Below, piece by piece: positions 39,006 to 52,210 of a stretch of DNA of 64,000 nucleotides. A program made the position numbers and the translations under genes. The stretch lies in contig NC_043006.1 in NCBI RefSeq assembly GCF_006345805.1, forward strand, positions 5,704,001 through 5,768,000, written 5' to 3'. Numbering within the stretch: the stretch's first letter is position 1; each line of letters opens with the position of its first letter. This DNA is from Octopus sinensis (taxonomy: Eukaryota). The notes under the pieces were generated by a model. It did not search any database. It was not told the origin of the DNA and saw only the letters and a list, made by a program, of their open reading frames with translations.

Positions 39006-40034
39006 ACAATGGTCCCTTTGCATACTGAATACTTGGTGAAATTGATTAATTAATTAATTTTACCCTCAATTGTTGAAATTATATATATATATAGATAGAT
39101 TTGTGTTAACGAATCTCAGACTTGTGGCACAAAGGTAACATAATGGAGAGCAGAACAGTTAAGCAATTTCTTGATTTTATTTAGGATTTTTGTTGTAGAT
39201 TCCCCATATGCAACACAACTTGCTAGAGTGCAGTCTGGGTTTGTTAGTAACTATTTTACTGTTCTGGTACAGTTGCTTCAGTTGACCTCTTCAAAGGATA
39301 CAGAACTAAAATATTTGGTCCCAACCATTTTTAGAACAGAATTTCTGAGCTAGCTACTAATGAAAGCTTTGTTATTAGAATGTGGCTGTAAAGGTGCTTA
39401 ATTACTACGACTAGAATTATAAACTCAAGCACTTGCATTGCAGAATTACAAAGTGACTCTCTGCATGAGTAACAATCAGAAAGAGTCTAATTAAACCTCA
39501 ATGTTTTAATTGGCTCATTGAATGTCAAAAAGACTTGGCAAAACATGGTGCCAACCAAAACAAGTGATAAAGGTTCGACTTCGTTTTTTTCAAAATGGAG
39601 TAAAAGTTTTATCTTAGAAAAACTTCTAACAAAATAAAATTGAAAAATTTAATTATCTACGAGGTGTTTTGGTCTAGATCAGTGGCTCTCAACCATTTTT
39701 TGTCTGTGGACCCCTTTGATTTCTAATTAAATTTGGTGGACCTCTATAGCCAATTAAATATTTAAAAAAATACTCAGACTTTTTTTATATTGAAATATTA
39801 TTAGCAATAGTATAAAAAAATTTTTAATATTTTGTGTATTTTTGAAGTATAAGCAATTTATTGAACATAAACTTTAGCAAACAGTTATATGTGGATCCCC
39901 AAGAGTCATATGGAACCAGTAGAGAACCACTGGTCCTCATAAAGTTTACTTTTGTGTCTGAAATATTTATGACAGAACATAGTTACCATCAACCATCATT
40001 TTCTTTGGTTAATAAAGATTTTAATTCGTTACAG

Positions 40035-40149
40035 TTTTGAGCAATTTTGCATTAATTATTGTAATGAGAAATTGCAACAGTTGTTTATTGAGTTGGTTTT
40101 GAAACAAGAACAAGATGAATACAACAGCGAAGGAATTGAGTGGGTCCAT
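40035..40149 (+). CDS. MYO1D: MYO1D-like exon (115 nt), relay helix
   Basis: tacag|...CAT|gtaag; (S)[38 protein letters not shown]. Confidence 0.97.
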
Positions 40150-40604
40150 GTAAGTAAATTCTTTCACAAGGAATTGATTGTTATTTTGCACTATGTTTTG
40201 TATTGTATTTATGGGTATTCATTGTCAGGAAACCACACCGACCTGATCACTTACTAACTAGGCAGACACATAGGTCAGAGTGAGACTTCATACTCACCAG
40301 TAAATAGGATGGGCAAATGGCTGTGAATACTAAGTCTTTCTTTGACAAAGAAAGTATCCATTCAACAGGGGTTAGTGACATTAGACTAAAGGCTTAATGA
40401 ATCTGGAGATATGATACAATCTTAAGGAGAGAAGCTGAGAGTTCCCTTAGTTGAATTTTAAGTTTTAAGAAAAATTAGGTGCCACATATTTTGGGAAGGT
40501 GCAGGAAATCTATAGCCAAGAAGACAAGCTGGAGTTTCTATGAAACAACTTGCAGTTGAGCTACAGACCAGTTCTATTGATAAAGTTTCAGCAATATGGA
40601 AGGT

Positions 40605-40983
40605 TGTTGGAAGCACTCCGTCGGTTACGACGACGAGGGTTCCGGTTGATCCGAATCAACGGAACAGCCTGCTCGTGAAATTAACGTGTAAGTGGCTGAG
40701 CACTCCACAGACACATGTACCCTTAACGTAGTTCTCGGGGATATTCAGCGTGACACAGAGAGTACCCCTTGAAATACAGGTACAACAGAAACAGGAAGTA
40801 AGAGTGAGAGAAAGTCGTGGTGAAAGAGTACAGTAGGGATCACCACCATTCCCTGCTGGAGCCTCGTGGAGCTCTTAGGTGTTTTCGCTCAATAAACACT
40901 CACAACTCCCGGTCTGGGAATCGAAACCGCGATCCTATGACCGCGAGTCCGCTGCCCTAACCACTGGGCCATTGCGCCTCCAC
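40605..40983 (-). mobile_element. Family 4 SINE with a distinct long tail and 12-bp TSD
   Basis: TSD AATATGGAAGGT at 40593-40604 and 40987-40998. Confidence 0.85.
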
Positions 40984-41019
40984 TAAATATGGAAGGTAGC
41001 ATTACTGTGGAACAGTATG

Positions 41020-42800
41020 AAAATTGAGCCATAAAAGATGAGAGTTGTGAAGAGTAGAGAACAATGTCAGAAGCTAAACATTATATTTGCTTAACAAAAG
41101 AAAATAAGTAGAACATGTGGTTTTACTCTGTTCTGTAACATAACAGATGTGAGGTGTTCCACATGACGAAACACTGAGTCAAGTATAATGCATGTAGCCA
41201 GTCATTGGTGAAAAATGTATATGAATGATTGTGGTACACTGACTTTCACTGATGTCAAAGAGAAGGTATAGAAATATTATTATGAGAAATTGCTGAATGC
41301 TAAAATATATGGGAGAGAGAGAGAGAGAGAGAGAGAGTCTACACTTTGTTAATCTAACAAAGGTTTCAGCTATTATAGTTGAAAGCTATACAATCGAGAG
41401 ATATGAAGGTAAGGAAAGCAATCAGATTATCAAGGACAGTGGCTGAAATGCTGAAAATATACAGTGAAGTAAGATGCATGCTGTTCAGTTGCAGTCAACT
41501 GAGCAATGAGGTAATAGAAATGATGGATCGTATCATGTAAGTGGAGTTGTGGCACAACTAATTAGGAAAAAGAATGAGAGGAAACGCTGCTCAGAATTGT
41601 GCAAGGATAGGCAAATACTGATGTCCTTTTCCTTGTGAGATAATCATTTAGTGTTGTACCAATGCCCACTTCCTAGTGAGATAACCACAGGAGAGGTTCT
41701 TGACAAAGAGCAAGTCACTCTGTCTAATATTCAGTAACCTGGAGAATGCTCTATAATCTGGTGTACCAAAAAAAAAAACTAGGTACAGATGGCTTGTTAG
41801 AGACATGCAAACCATGTACAGAGATACTCTCAGTAATCTGAAAGTTAATGAGTTCAGCAAGGAATTGCTGGAAGGTGTCCATTAGGGTTTTCAGGTCACA
41901 ACAGAAAAGTTTAAGAGTGATTGTGGAAACTTCTGTATACCGACATCTTAGGCAAATCTGTTGAAGAATTAGAGAAGAAATTTTAAACTTGAGAACAAAA
42001 CCTAGAATTAGGGATCTCATTATAAACTTAGCACAAAGACAAGGGTCTTAGTTCCAAAAAAGAATAGAAAATATTGATGCTGTCTTAGAAGTGGCCATGC
42101 TCAAAATACTGAAGGTGTAGGTAGGAATTCTTTATGGTGTACCAAGCAAAAGATGTTGTGGGATCATAGGAAAGCTGAAAGAGAAGTAAGATTTCATGTA
42201 TATTTGTTGTTTAGGAGTGGTTAAAAGTAAGAACAACAAAAGCCCAGAGGGAACCTTATAAAATAGTTTACTGCTCCCGTTTTCTTAAGTGGCCTAATTG
42301 CTAATGAGAAAAGCTGTTCTGAAAGAATAGCACCAAGTGTAAGATTAGAATTGGAAACATTCAAGCAATGACTGCCTTTTGGCAACACATTTTTTGAGTT
42401 TTTAGAAGATTGTATTATGATTAACAGATTATGATGTATAGTAGAGAAGCATGAACACTGAGTACAAAGAATGTATGGAAGCTGATTAGGCTATTCCACT
42501 GGATATGTAACTTGAGGGTCATTGAGTGATGGGAGCAGAAATTAACTAAGAGAGAGAATTGAGTATAAGAAATTGGATGTAGTTTCAAGAGACAAAACTG
42601 GACTGGTACAGACATGAGGTGTGTATGGTAGATACCAGTTGGATAAAGATGTACAAATCAAAGGTGAAAGAGCTTGTGGAAGGGAAAGAATAAAGAAGGC
42701 ATGAAAAGAATTACAAAATAGCTAGTCTTGGAAAATGACAAAGAAACACAACTGATGAGATGCTGGACAGGACAAGATTCATGCAATCAGAAAAAAACAG
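41020..42800 (+). mobile_element. Heavily decayed RTE LINE
   Basis: Scattered residual peptides YEKLLN, VAEMLKI, TDVLFLVR, LIFSNLENA, WLVRDMQTMYRD; purine-rich sense strand. Confidence 0.6.
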
Positions 42801-42805
42801 TTATA

Positions 42806-43158
42806 TCATCATCATCATCATCATCATCATCATCGTTTAGCGTCCGTTTTCCATGCTAGCATGGGTTGGACGGTTCTACTGGGGTCTGTGAAGCCAGAAG
42901 GCTTCATCAGGCCCAGTCAAATCTGGCAGTGTTTCTACGGCTGGATGCCCTTCCTAACGCCAACCACTCCGTAAGTGTAGTGGGTGCTTTTTACGTGCCA
43001 CCCGCACAGGTGCCAGACAGAGCTGGCAAACGGCCACGAACGGATGGTGCTTTTTATGTGCCACCGGCACAAGGGCCAGGCAAGGCTGGCAACAGACACG
43101 AACGGATGGTGCTTTTTACATGCCATCGGCACGAGGCCAGTCGGGGCGGTGCTGGCAA
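42806..43158 (-). mobile_element. Family 1 copy
   Basis: Long (CAT)n and three repeat units. Confidence 0.85.
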
Positions 43159-43242
43159 TATATATATATATAATATACAAATTTTTTGCATAATGAGATA
43201 GAAAACCAAGGCTGTATAGATATTAGAGCATTTATAGATAGG

Positions 43243-43292
43243 TCTTACAGCTGTTTCTAGGATATTAATTAATAATATCCCTTCATCAGAGA
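43243..43292 (-). ncRNA. Minimal hammerhead-like motif, canonical CUGAUGA core
   Basis: UCU-CUGAUGA-ag-GGAUAUUA uuaau UAAUAUCC-ua-GAAA-cagcug-UA-AGA; 8-bp stem II; palindromic CAGCUG. Confidence 0.65.
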
Positions 43293-43756
43293 TGGTGTGA
43301 GAGGAAAAATTAAGTCATATATATATTATATCAGGAAAGAAAGAAAATGAAGTTCATGAGAACCTTTATTATTCACTGTGATTGTTATAACCCTTGTTCA
43401 CCTGTGCCTTGCTAGTGAGATGCTGTACAAACAATTGCGGTGCTTGATAGGTGACTTTTCAAAAGGTATCTAATTTTTTTAGTCTCCATTTTGCTTATTT
43501 CTATCGCAATAGGTTTTGGTAGTCGCAGTATATTATTCCTCAACATGAGTACCAACATGTCTTCTGACAGAAATAAGTTAAGCAGAGATTAAAAGACAAG
43601 GTACCTTTTGAAAAGTCACTTGATGTGACACATCCACAGCTACAATGCACTGCAACCTGCTTATACAGCATATCACTAATGAGGCACCAGTGCAAGATGG
43701 GTTGAAACAATCGTAGGGAATAATAAAGAGTCACATGAATTCCACATTCTTTCCGT

Positions 43757-44790
43757 CATCATTATCATCATCAATGTTTAACATCCGCTTTCCATGCTGG
43801 CATGGGTTGGACAGTTTGACATGGAGCTGGCTATTAGGAAGCTGTCTTTGACTGAATGTCCTTCCTAATACCAACCACTTAGCAGAATGTACTGGATATA
43901 TAATAAAGCGACAAGCTGGCAGAAACGTTAGCACGCCGAGCGAAATGCGTAGCCATATTTTGTCTGCCATTACGTTCTGAGTTCAAATTCCGCCGAGGTC
44001 GACTTTGCCTTTCATCCTTTCGGGGTTGATAAATTAAGTACCAGTTATGTACTGGGGTCGATGTAATCAACTTAATCCATTTGTCTGTCCTTGTTTGTCC
44101 TCTCTGTGTTTAGCCCCTTGTGGGTAATAAAGAAATAGGTATTTCGTCTGCCGCTACTTTCTGAGTTCAAATTCCGCCGAGGTCGACTTTGCCTTTCATC
44201 CTTTCAGGGTTGATAAATTAAGTACCAGTTATGCACTGGGCTCGATGTAATCAACTTAATCCATTTGTCTGTCCTTGTTTGTCCTCTCTGTGTTTAGCCC
44301 CTTGTGGGTAATAAAGAAATAGGTATTTCGTCTGCCGCTACTTTCTGAGTTCAAATTCCGCCGAGGTCGACTTTGCCTTTCATCCTTTCGGGGTTGATAA
44401 ATTAAGTACCAGTTATGCACTGGGGTCGATGTAATCAACTTAATCCGTTTGTCTGTCCTTGTTTGTCCTTTCTGTGTTTAGCCCCTTGTGGGCAATAAAG
44501 AAATAAAGTGTAGTGGATATTTGTTACATGCCACTAGCACAGGAGCATTTATGCAGCACCAGTACAGGTGTGTTAACACAGCATGGGCACAGGTGCTTTT
44601 TAAGTGGCACTGGCATCTCAAAGGACAAGGTTGTACATGTAGAAGACAGTGGTTTTACTTAGCTTGACATGTCTCATCAAGTACAGCAAATCATCACATC
44701 TTCCTGTCCCTTGTCATTTCCTCAGTGAGGGTCAGCATCCAAAGATCCTTTCTCATCACTTTGTCCCACATCTTCCTGAGTCTACTTCCA
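43757..44790 (-). mobile_element. Old family 1 copy continuous with an RTE ORF C-terminus; split by a SINE array
   Basis: 44790-44655 minus encodes GSRLRKMWDKVMRKDLWMLTLTEEMTRDRKM**FAVLDETCQAK*. Confidence 0.72.
43906..44505 (+). mobile_element. Family 3 SINE, three units (184-bp period), nested in an RTE 3' end
   Basis: Unit junction AAATA|GGTATTTCG at 44138 and 44322. Confidence 0.88.
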
Positions 44791-45728
44791 CAATTAGAGC
44801 TTGGCACTTATATAACTTTCATCTGTATCTCATCACTTGAAAACTCTCCTTGTGTACATACTACCCAAGTATACTGGTTTTATTTTAGCTGAGCTGAACC
44901 CTACCTGAAAAAAAATTTGTACTTTTGATTCAGGTAATTTTTGTAAATGATTTATAAACAATACTGTTATGTTGTTGTTAATTTAAATTATAGTTGATAA
45001 ATGTTAAGCCAGTTTGTTAGCATATTTATTTGGAGTACACAATTATTGCTTAAATTAATTTTGAAAATAAATGAATGGTTTAACCTTTTGTTACCGACCT
45101 GACTGAAACTGGCTCTGTAGTACAAATGTCTTGTTTTCATAAGTTTTGAATTAAAATCTTCCACAAACCTTAGTCACAATTTATGCTCCTAACACTAGCT
45201 GAATGATAACTAAGTTATTTTACTAAATTCTTTGTTATATTTAAAGTAATTGAAAGAAATACAGAGCATCTCAACAGAAATATGGTAACAAAAAGGTTCA
45301 ACTATATAATAGAGAAACAATTCTTAACCCTTTTGTTACCAACCTGGCTGAAACCAGCTCCAGCTATGGCTACAAATGTCTTGTTTTCATAAGTTCTGAA
45401 CTAAAATCTTCCACCAAACTTTAGTCACAATTTATGCTCCTAACACTTGCTGAATGATAACTAAGTTATTTTACTAAATTCTTTGTTATATTTAAGGGAA
45501 TTGAAAGAAACACAGAGCACCTCAAAATAAATATACAAATGGTGTTTTGAACATAAGTTAACATGAAATTTTGAATGCAGGTTTTAATTTAGATCACCTT
45601 AAGACAAAAAGTTTGCATCTTAGATCAAGGTATGACTGGTATCAAAAGGGTTAGGACCAAAAGAGTTAAGGAAACAAAGGACTGATAGATTGTCTTTAAT
45701 GTCTAAAGTAAATTGTTTTTCTTAACAG

Positions 45729-45839
45729 GTAGACTATTTCAACAACAAAATAATCTGTGATTTGGTTGAACAATCCCATAAAGGAATATTGGCTTTATTG
45801 GATGAAGCTTGTCTCACCCCAGGGAAAATGACTGATGCG
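45729..45839 (+). CDS. MYO1D: MYO1D-like exon (111 nt)
   Basis: aacag|...GCG|gtagg; [37 protein letters not shown]. Confidence 0.96.
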
Positions 45840-46121
45840 GTAGGTATATATTTATTCTAAAAGCAGTATGTTTCTCATGTTTATATGAGAGCAAATGAGA
45901 TTGTAATGCTTATGTCCTTCTTGAGTCACAAATAAATACAACCAATCAGATGGAGTTGGGTGGGTGAGGTGAGTCAATTCTTACTTCTTCTTGCTACACG
46001 GTTCCTGCCAAAGAATTCTGAAGTTTTAAACTGATTTGTGCATCTAATTCATTGAAATTTTTTCAGTGGAAAGATTTGGTAGCATCGAAATGAAAGCTGT
46101 TGCTTTTTTTTCATCACTATA

Positions 46122-46540
46122 GAGTGGCTGTGTGGTAAGTAGCTTGCTTACCAACCACATGGTTCCGGGTTCAGTCCCACTGCATGGCACCTTGGGCAAG
46201 TGTTTTCTACTATAGCCTCGGGCCAATTAAAGCTTTGTGAGTGGATTTGGTAGACAGAAACTGAAAAGAAGCCCGTCGTATATATGTATATATATATGTA
46301 TGTATATATGTCTGTATATATATATGTGTGTGTGTTTGTGTGTCTGTGTTTGCCCCCCCCCCCCAAATCGTTTGACAACCGATGCTGGTGTGTTTACGTC
46401 CCCATAACTTAGCGGTTCAACAAAAGAAAACGGTAGAACAAGTACTTGGCTCGCAAAGAATAAGTCCTGGGGTCGATTTGCTCGACTAAAGGTGATGCTC
46501 CAGCATGGCCGCAGTCACATGACTGAAACAAGTAAGAGTA
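46122..46540 (+). mobile_element. Family 2 SINE
   Basis: Homologous to 9015-9468. Confidence 0.82.
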
Positions 46541-46916
46541 TTATCACCTAATTTTTAAATTGAATTAAAAATATTATTCTCTGGTTTTGGTGCAAAGCTA
46601 AACATTGGTAAAAACCCAATAAAACCTTTCTAATAACCCAACCTATGACATCAAATCAATGAGCAACAATATATTGGCCATTTTGAAAATCAACGATCCT
46701 AATATAAATTTGAGAAAAGAGGGGAGGGGCAAAAAAAAATATAGAACTATTGAAGTAGCAATGGGCAAACACAAGATGTTACAATTGAAAACAGATTTAA
46801 TATTTTACACCTACGTTCACCTGGAATCAATATGTGTGTTCAATCAGAGCTGAATGTGCTGATATGACATCTAAAACCAATATTTACAAGCTGTTTAACA
46901 AAACCTGTGAAATATC

Positions 46917-47476
46917 TGAAGCATATTCTGTTGTGTCTGGGGAGAGTCATTTTCTTTTTGTGCCTTATAATGTAACACACTCACCAGTAAAATTTCCACT
47001 TATTTCTTACCATCCGAGCGTGGCCGTTTGGCAGCCTCGTCTGGCACCTGTGTCCGTGGCACGTAAAAAAAACACCATCCGAGCGTGGCCGTTTGCCAGC
47101 CTCGTCTGGCACCTGTGTCGGTGGCACATAAAAAGCACCCACTACACTCACGGAGTGGTTGGCATTAGGAAGGGCATCCAGCTGTAGAAATACTGCCAGA
47201 TCTGACTGGCTTGGTGCAGCCTTCAGGCTTCCCAGACCCCCAGTTGAACCGTCCAACCCATGCTAGCATGGAAAGCGGACGTTAAACGATGATTTTCCTA
47301 AAATTTTCGTTGTGTGTTGCAGCCTTTTCAAAGACTATTGAAAAGGTTGCAAGATGCAAGGAAAATTTTAGGAAAAATAAAAATAAGAAATAAGTGGAAA
47401 TTTTACTGGTGAGTGTGTTACATTATAAGGCACAAAAAGAAAATGACTCTCCCCAGACACAGCAGAATATGCTTCA
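46917..47476. repeat. Palindrome of the Penelope-terminal-repeat family, left arm interrupted by an (ATG)n element
   Basis: TGAAGCATATTCTG...CAGAATATGCTTCA; axis near 47334; U3-A8 hammerhead-like motif at 47335-47371. Confidence 0.85.
47011..47293 (+). mobile_element. Family 1 copy inside a palindrome arm
   Basis: Conserved block and short GAT tail. Confidence 0.85.
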
Positions 47477-47626
47477 ACACACGAACTCATATAAAGAATC
47501 TTGCAAACCAAATCCAAAAATGAAATCTGAAGTATATTTTTTTTCTAATCCCTTGTCGAAAATCTTCACTGTTTTATAGTATTTATTCAGTTTCAACTTC
47601 ATAATTTAATAGAATTTTTCTTAATT

Positions 47627-47976
47627 AGGCATCTTGGGCAAGTGTCTTCTGCTATAGCCCCGGGCCGACCAATGCCTTGTGAGTGGATTTGGTAGACGGA
47701 AACTGAAAGAAGCCTGTCGTATATATGTATATATATATGTATGTATGTGTGTGTTTGTGTGTCTGTGTTTGTCCCCCTAGCATTGCTTGACAACCGTTGA
47801 TGGTGTGTTTACATCCTCATCACTTAGCGGTTCAGCAAAAGAGACCGATAGAATAAGTACTGGGCTTACAAAGAATAAGTCCCGCGGTCGATTTGCTCGA
47901 CTAAAGGTGGTGCTCCAGCATGGCCACTGTCAAATGACAGAAACAAGTAAAAAAAAAAAAAAAGAGTAAAAAGAGT
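47627..47976 (+). mobile_element. Family 2 SINE, 5'-truncated
   Basis: Starts at the CORE-like block. Confidence 0.8.
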
Positions 47977-48314
47977 ATCCTGTTGTTAACTCAGTGGAAG
48001 GGGAAAAAGAGGCATCTTTTAATTATCTCTTTTGGGAGAGTTAGTCGCGTGGTAAGTTATCTCCCTTGAAAGAACTGTAGTAATTTTGTAGCCTCCCTTG
48101 ACACCAATTTGAATTATTAACTTCGCTGACGTCATTGGAAGAAACGGGAACAAAATGTTTCGCATATTTCGTCAATTTTTTACGTTCTGAGTTCAAATTT
48201 CGCAGAGGCCGATTTTGTTTACTATCCTGTTAAATACTGGAGTTGTTTTTATCGACTAGCCTCACCCCTACGCCCAAATTTCAGGACTTGTGCTTAGTAT
48301 TATATATATAGACA

Positions 48315-48706
48315 CAGGAGTGGCTGTGTGGTAAGTAGCTTGCTAACCAACCACATGGTTCCGGGTTCAGTCCCACTGCGTGGCATCTTGGGAAAGTGTC
48401 TTCTGATACAGCCCCGGGCCGACCGATGCCTTGTGAGTGGATTTGGTAGACGGAAACTGAAAGAAGCCTGTCGTATATATGTATATATATATATGTATGT
48501 GTCTGTGTTTGTCTCCCTAGCATTGCTTGACAACCGATGCTGGTGTGTTTACGTCCCCGTCACTTAGCGGTTCGGCAAAAGAGACCGATAGAATAAGTAC
48601 TGGGCTTACAAAGAATAAGTCCCGAGTTCGATTTGCTCGACTAAAGGCGGTGCTCCAGCATGGCCGCAGTCAAATGACTGAAGCAAGTAAAAGAGTAAAA
48701 AGAGTA
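48315..48706 (+). mobile_element. Family 2 SINE
   Basis: Full head to AGTAAAAG tail. Confidence 0.85.
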
Positions 48707-48809
48707 TATATATCTAATAAAGGGTAAAATTAATTAATTAATTAATAATTAATAATTTTACTAAGTAGTTTAGCATGTTAAACGAACCATTATCGGTAAA
48801 CTTAAACAA

Positions 48810-48978
48810 AATTTTTTATAATTATAAGTATAATTATAATTAAGGTTCAGCAAAAAATTTGCTTCACCACATAGCGAAATTTAGAAATAGCAGCCAAAAC
48901 TAGCTATTTCTGTACCATAAGAAGCAAATTTTTTGCTGAACCCTAATTATAATTATACTCATAATTATAAAAATTTTA
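48810..48978. repeat. AT-rich inverted repeat in a TA-flanked element (about 48710-48990)
   Basis: GGTTCAGCAAAAAATTTGCTTC / GAAGCAAATTTTTTGCTGAACC arms. Confidence 0.75.
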
Positions 48979-48989
48979 TATATATATAA

Positions 48990-50232
48990 TACTAAGCACA
49001 AGGAGGGGGTAGTCACAAGACACACACACACCAGGCATCCCATTCATTTCCTGGCCCAAAGGGGAGCGGCTCATTCTATGCTTGGGTCAAGGCATAGAAC
49101 GCAACCCCCAATATCAGCAGCAGGACCCAACAGCATATGCTGGTTTATCCCCATTGCTTCATGCTGGTTCTGTACTCCTTTGAGCAACATCAAAATTTAC
49201 TCATCCATCCACAAACACTCTCCAAGCTTTCCTATCGTTTATAAACTCTCTTGCCTCTGTTACTCCAACACCTCTAACCACCAAAGTTTTCCTCATTCCA
49301 TCCATCCACACAAACTGAGGTCTGCCCCTGGTTCTGCTCCCTACCACTTCAGCCTTCATCACCCTCTTTACCATCTGCTCCTCATCCATCCTCTCCATGT
49401 GGCCAAACCACCTCAACATTCGTCTATCCAATTTGGTTGTTAGTTTTTCTCTCATTCCTGCTCATTTTCACACCTCCTCATTCCTCATCCTGTCCATCCG
49501 TGTCACACCAACCACAGCCCACAGACATCTCATCTCGAACTCATCTGGTCGCCTCCTTTCCACCTCTCTCAGCCTTCACGTCTCTGCACCATATAACATT
49601 GTCGGCACAATCACGTCCTCATACCCACCTCTTTTCACTTTCATTCTCAACCTTTTATCTCTCAGCATACCGTTCACAACTCAAAGTATCTTAATCCCCT
49701 CCCTCACTCTGTAATCCACCTCCTTAGCCAACCTCCTATCCACTGCCACATGCAACCCTAGATACTTAAAAACACCTCCTCTAACATCTCACCATTTATA
49801 CTCATATCCAACCCTACCAGCCATTCCATCTCTTGAACATCTCATCACCTTACTCTTAGCTACATTCACTTTCAGTTTCCTCCTCTCACACACTCTTCCA
49901 AACTCTACTACCAGTCTCCTCAGTTGCTCTTCCGAATCCCCCACCAATGTTGTATCCTCAGCAAACAACAACTGACTCACCAGCTGTTTCTCTCCATTTT
50001 CTCCCTCCATTTGGGACCCCTTACCAAGGGTTCTAGCATTTACCTCTCTCACCACACCATCCAAATATAAATTAAACAGCCACGAAGACATCACATAACC
50101 ATCTTTACCCCAGCTTCACCTCAAACCACTCACTTACTTCACTACCCACCTTAACACACGCCTTACTTTCTCTATAAAAACTCTGAACAGCCCTCAACAA
50201 TCTACCATCTACTCCATACAACCACAACACCT
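48990..50232 (-). mobile_element. RTE-clade LINE fragment (RT core to 3' UTR), decayed
   Basis: WLFNLYLDGVVREVNAR...VSQLLFAEDTTLV...LKVNVAKSKVMRC; VPTMLYGAET; LRWFGHMERM...RGRP. Confidence 0.9.
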
Positions 50233-51054
50233 ACGTGTAGCTTTTTTGTGCATTTTGTTTGCAGAAAATAAAGAAATAACAGTAATAACATTTAATAAAT
50301 GTTGCTTCCTGCAAGTTATGGATGATTCTTTTATGACTTCATTGCTTTCAGGATTAGCTTAAGATATTTTTGCACCCTACATCACAAAATCATCGTCATC
50401 ATCATCATTTAGCGTCCGGTTTCCATGCTAGCATGGGTTGGACGGTTCAACTGGGGTCTGTGAAGCCAGAAGGCTGCACCAGGCCCAGTTTGATCTGGCA
50501 ATGTTTCTATGGCTGGATGCCCTTCCTAACACCAACCACTCCACTCCATGAGTGTAGTTGGTGCTTTTTACGTGCCAGACGAGTCTGGCAAATGGCCACG
50601 ATCGGATGGTGCTTTTTATGTGCCACCGGCACGGGGGCCAGGCGAGGCTGGCAAATGGCCACGATCGGATGGTGCTTTTTATGTGCCACCGGCACGGGGG
50701 CCAGGCGAGGCTGGCAACGGCCATGAACGGATGGTGCTTTTTACGTGCCACCAGCACGAGGCCAGTCAGGGCGGGGCTGGCAACGGCCACGTTCGGATGG
50801 TTCTCTTACGTGCCCACCGGCACTGGTAACTCAGCTCTATAAAAACTCTGAACAGCCCTCAACAATCTACCATCTACTGCATACAACCACAACACCTACG
50901 TGTAGCTTTTTTGTGCATTTTGTTTGCAGAAAATAAAGAAATAACAGTAATAACATTTAATAAATGTTGCTTCCTGCAAGTTATGGATGATTCTTTTATG
51001 ACTTCATTGCTTTCAGGCTTAGCTTAAGGTATTTTTGCGCCCTACATTACAAAA
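50171..51054. repeat. 220-bp direct repeat flanking an (ATG)n element
   Basis: TCTATAAAAACTCTGAACAGCC...ACAAAAT at about 50171-50390 and 50836-51055, about 5 substitutions. Confidence 0.9.
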
Positions 51055-51357
51055 TCATCATCATCATTTAGCGTCCGCTTTCCATGCTAGCATGGGTTGG
51101 ACGGTTCAACTGGGGTCTGTGAAGCCAGAAGGCTGCATCAGGCCCAGTCTGATCTGGCAGTGTTTCTACGGCTGGATTCCCTTCCTAACGCCAACCACTC
51201 TGTGAGTGTAGTGGGTGCTTTTTACGTGCCACCCGCACAGGTGCCAGATGGAGCTGGCAAGTGGCCGCGGACGGATGGTGCTTTTCACGTGCCACCGGCA
51301 TGGGGGCCAGGCGAGGCTGGCAACGGCCACGATCGGATGGTGCTTTTTACGTGCCAT
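50390..51357 (-). mobile_element. Two family 1 copies (50390-50830 and 51055-51357)
   Basis: Each follows one copy of the 220-bp direct repeat. Confidence 0.85.
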
Positions 51358-51833
51358 GAATAAACATTGCCGGACAGCAAATAGAGACTCAGACATTGCT
51401 TAGAAAATATTTTTCATTTTTAACCTCGTATATAGTACGCACTAGGGATTTTGACCTTTAAATTTTGGGGGGAAAACGTGGATTATACTCGAGGATTTAC
51501 AGTAAGACAGTGGGCTGCACACCAAAATGCTTGATTGAATTTTGCTTGTCTTTTTGTTCTGGGTTCAAATTCTGTTGAGGTCGACATTCATCCTCTTGGG
51601 ATTGATTTAAAAATTACCAGTAAAGCACTGGAGTTGATTTAATTGACTTCTACACGACCACTACCACCACCACCACTCCAAAATTACTGGCCTTGTGCTA
51701 AAATTTGAAACCATTATAATTATTCAACTATGAATTTGGTAACTTTTCCATCATCTCATCAACACCCCCCACCATCATAACCTTTTTTTTTTGCCATTTT
51801 TTAAAAATACTAAATGTTATTTTTATCTTTCAG

Positions 51834-51893
51834 AAATTCTTAGAAGAACTTTCCAAAACCCTCAATAAACACAAACATTTCACTTGTCGTGCT
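51834..51893 (+). CDS. MYO1D: MYO1D-like exon (60 nt)
   Basis: tttcag|...GCT|gtaag; KFLEELSKTLNKHKHFTCRA. Confidence 0.92.
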
Positions 51894-52166
51894 GTAAGTT
51901 AATGTCAATTCTTTTTTCTTTGTTTTATTGCAATAATTGTTTGTCAATAAAACTGCATTAGTGCAGAGAGTATCATACGAAGGTTTAAATTATTTCTTTA
52001 ACTAAACTCATTTTAAAATGTTTTGTATAACCCACACATCAAAGTACTTAACATTATTTCACTCACTTCAATGACTTGTCTATATCAACCATACAGTGAG
52101 GAAGTATCCAATTATAAAAATAGGGATAAGTCTGAACAGAAAATAATAATAATAATAATAATAGTA

Positions 52167-52197
<31 letters not shown>

Positions 52198-52210
52198 TAG
52201 TAATAATAAT

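Noticed and set aside
48755-48802. Minus-strand hammerhead-like geometry with TTTAC/GTAAA stems
   Set aside because: Both core halves are degenerate, so it cannot be supported without a family consensus.
50560-50825. CRISPR-like pattern of GGATGGTGCTTTTTA(C/T)GTGCCACC separated by about 35 nt
   Set aside because: The spacers are homologous to each other, the array is part of a dispersed retroelement in a eukaryotic intron, and no cas genes are present.
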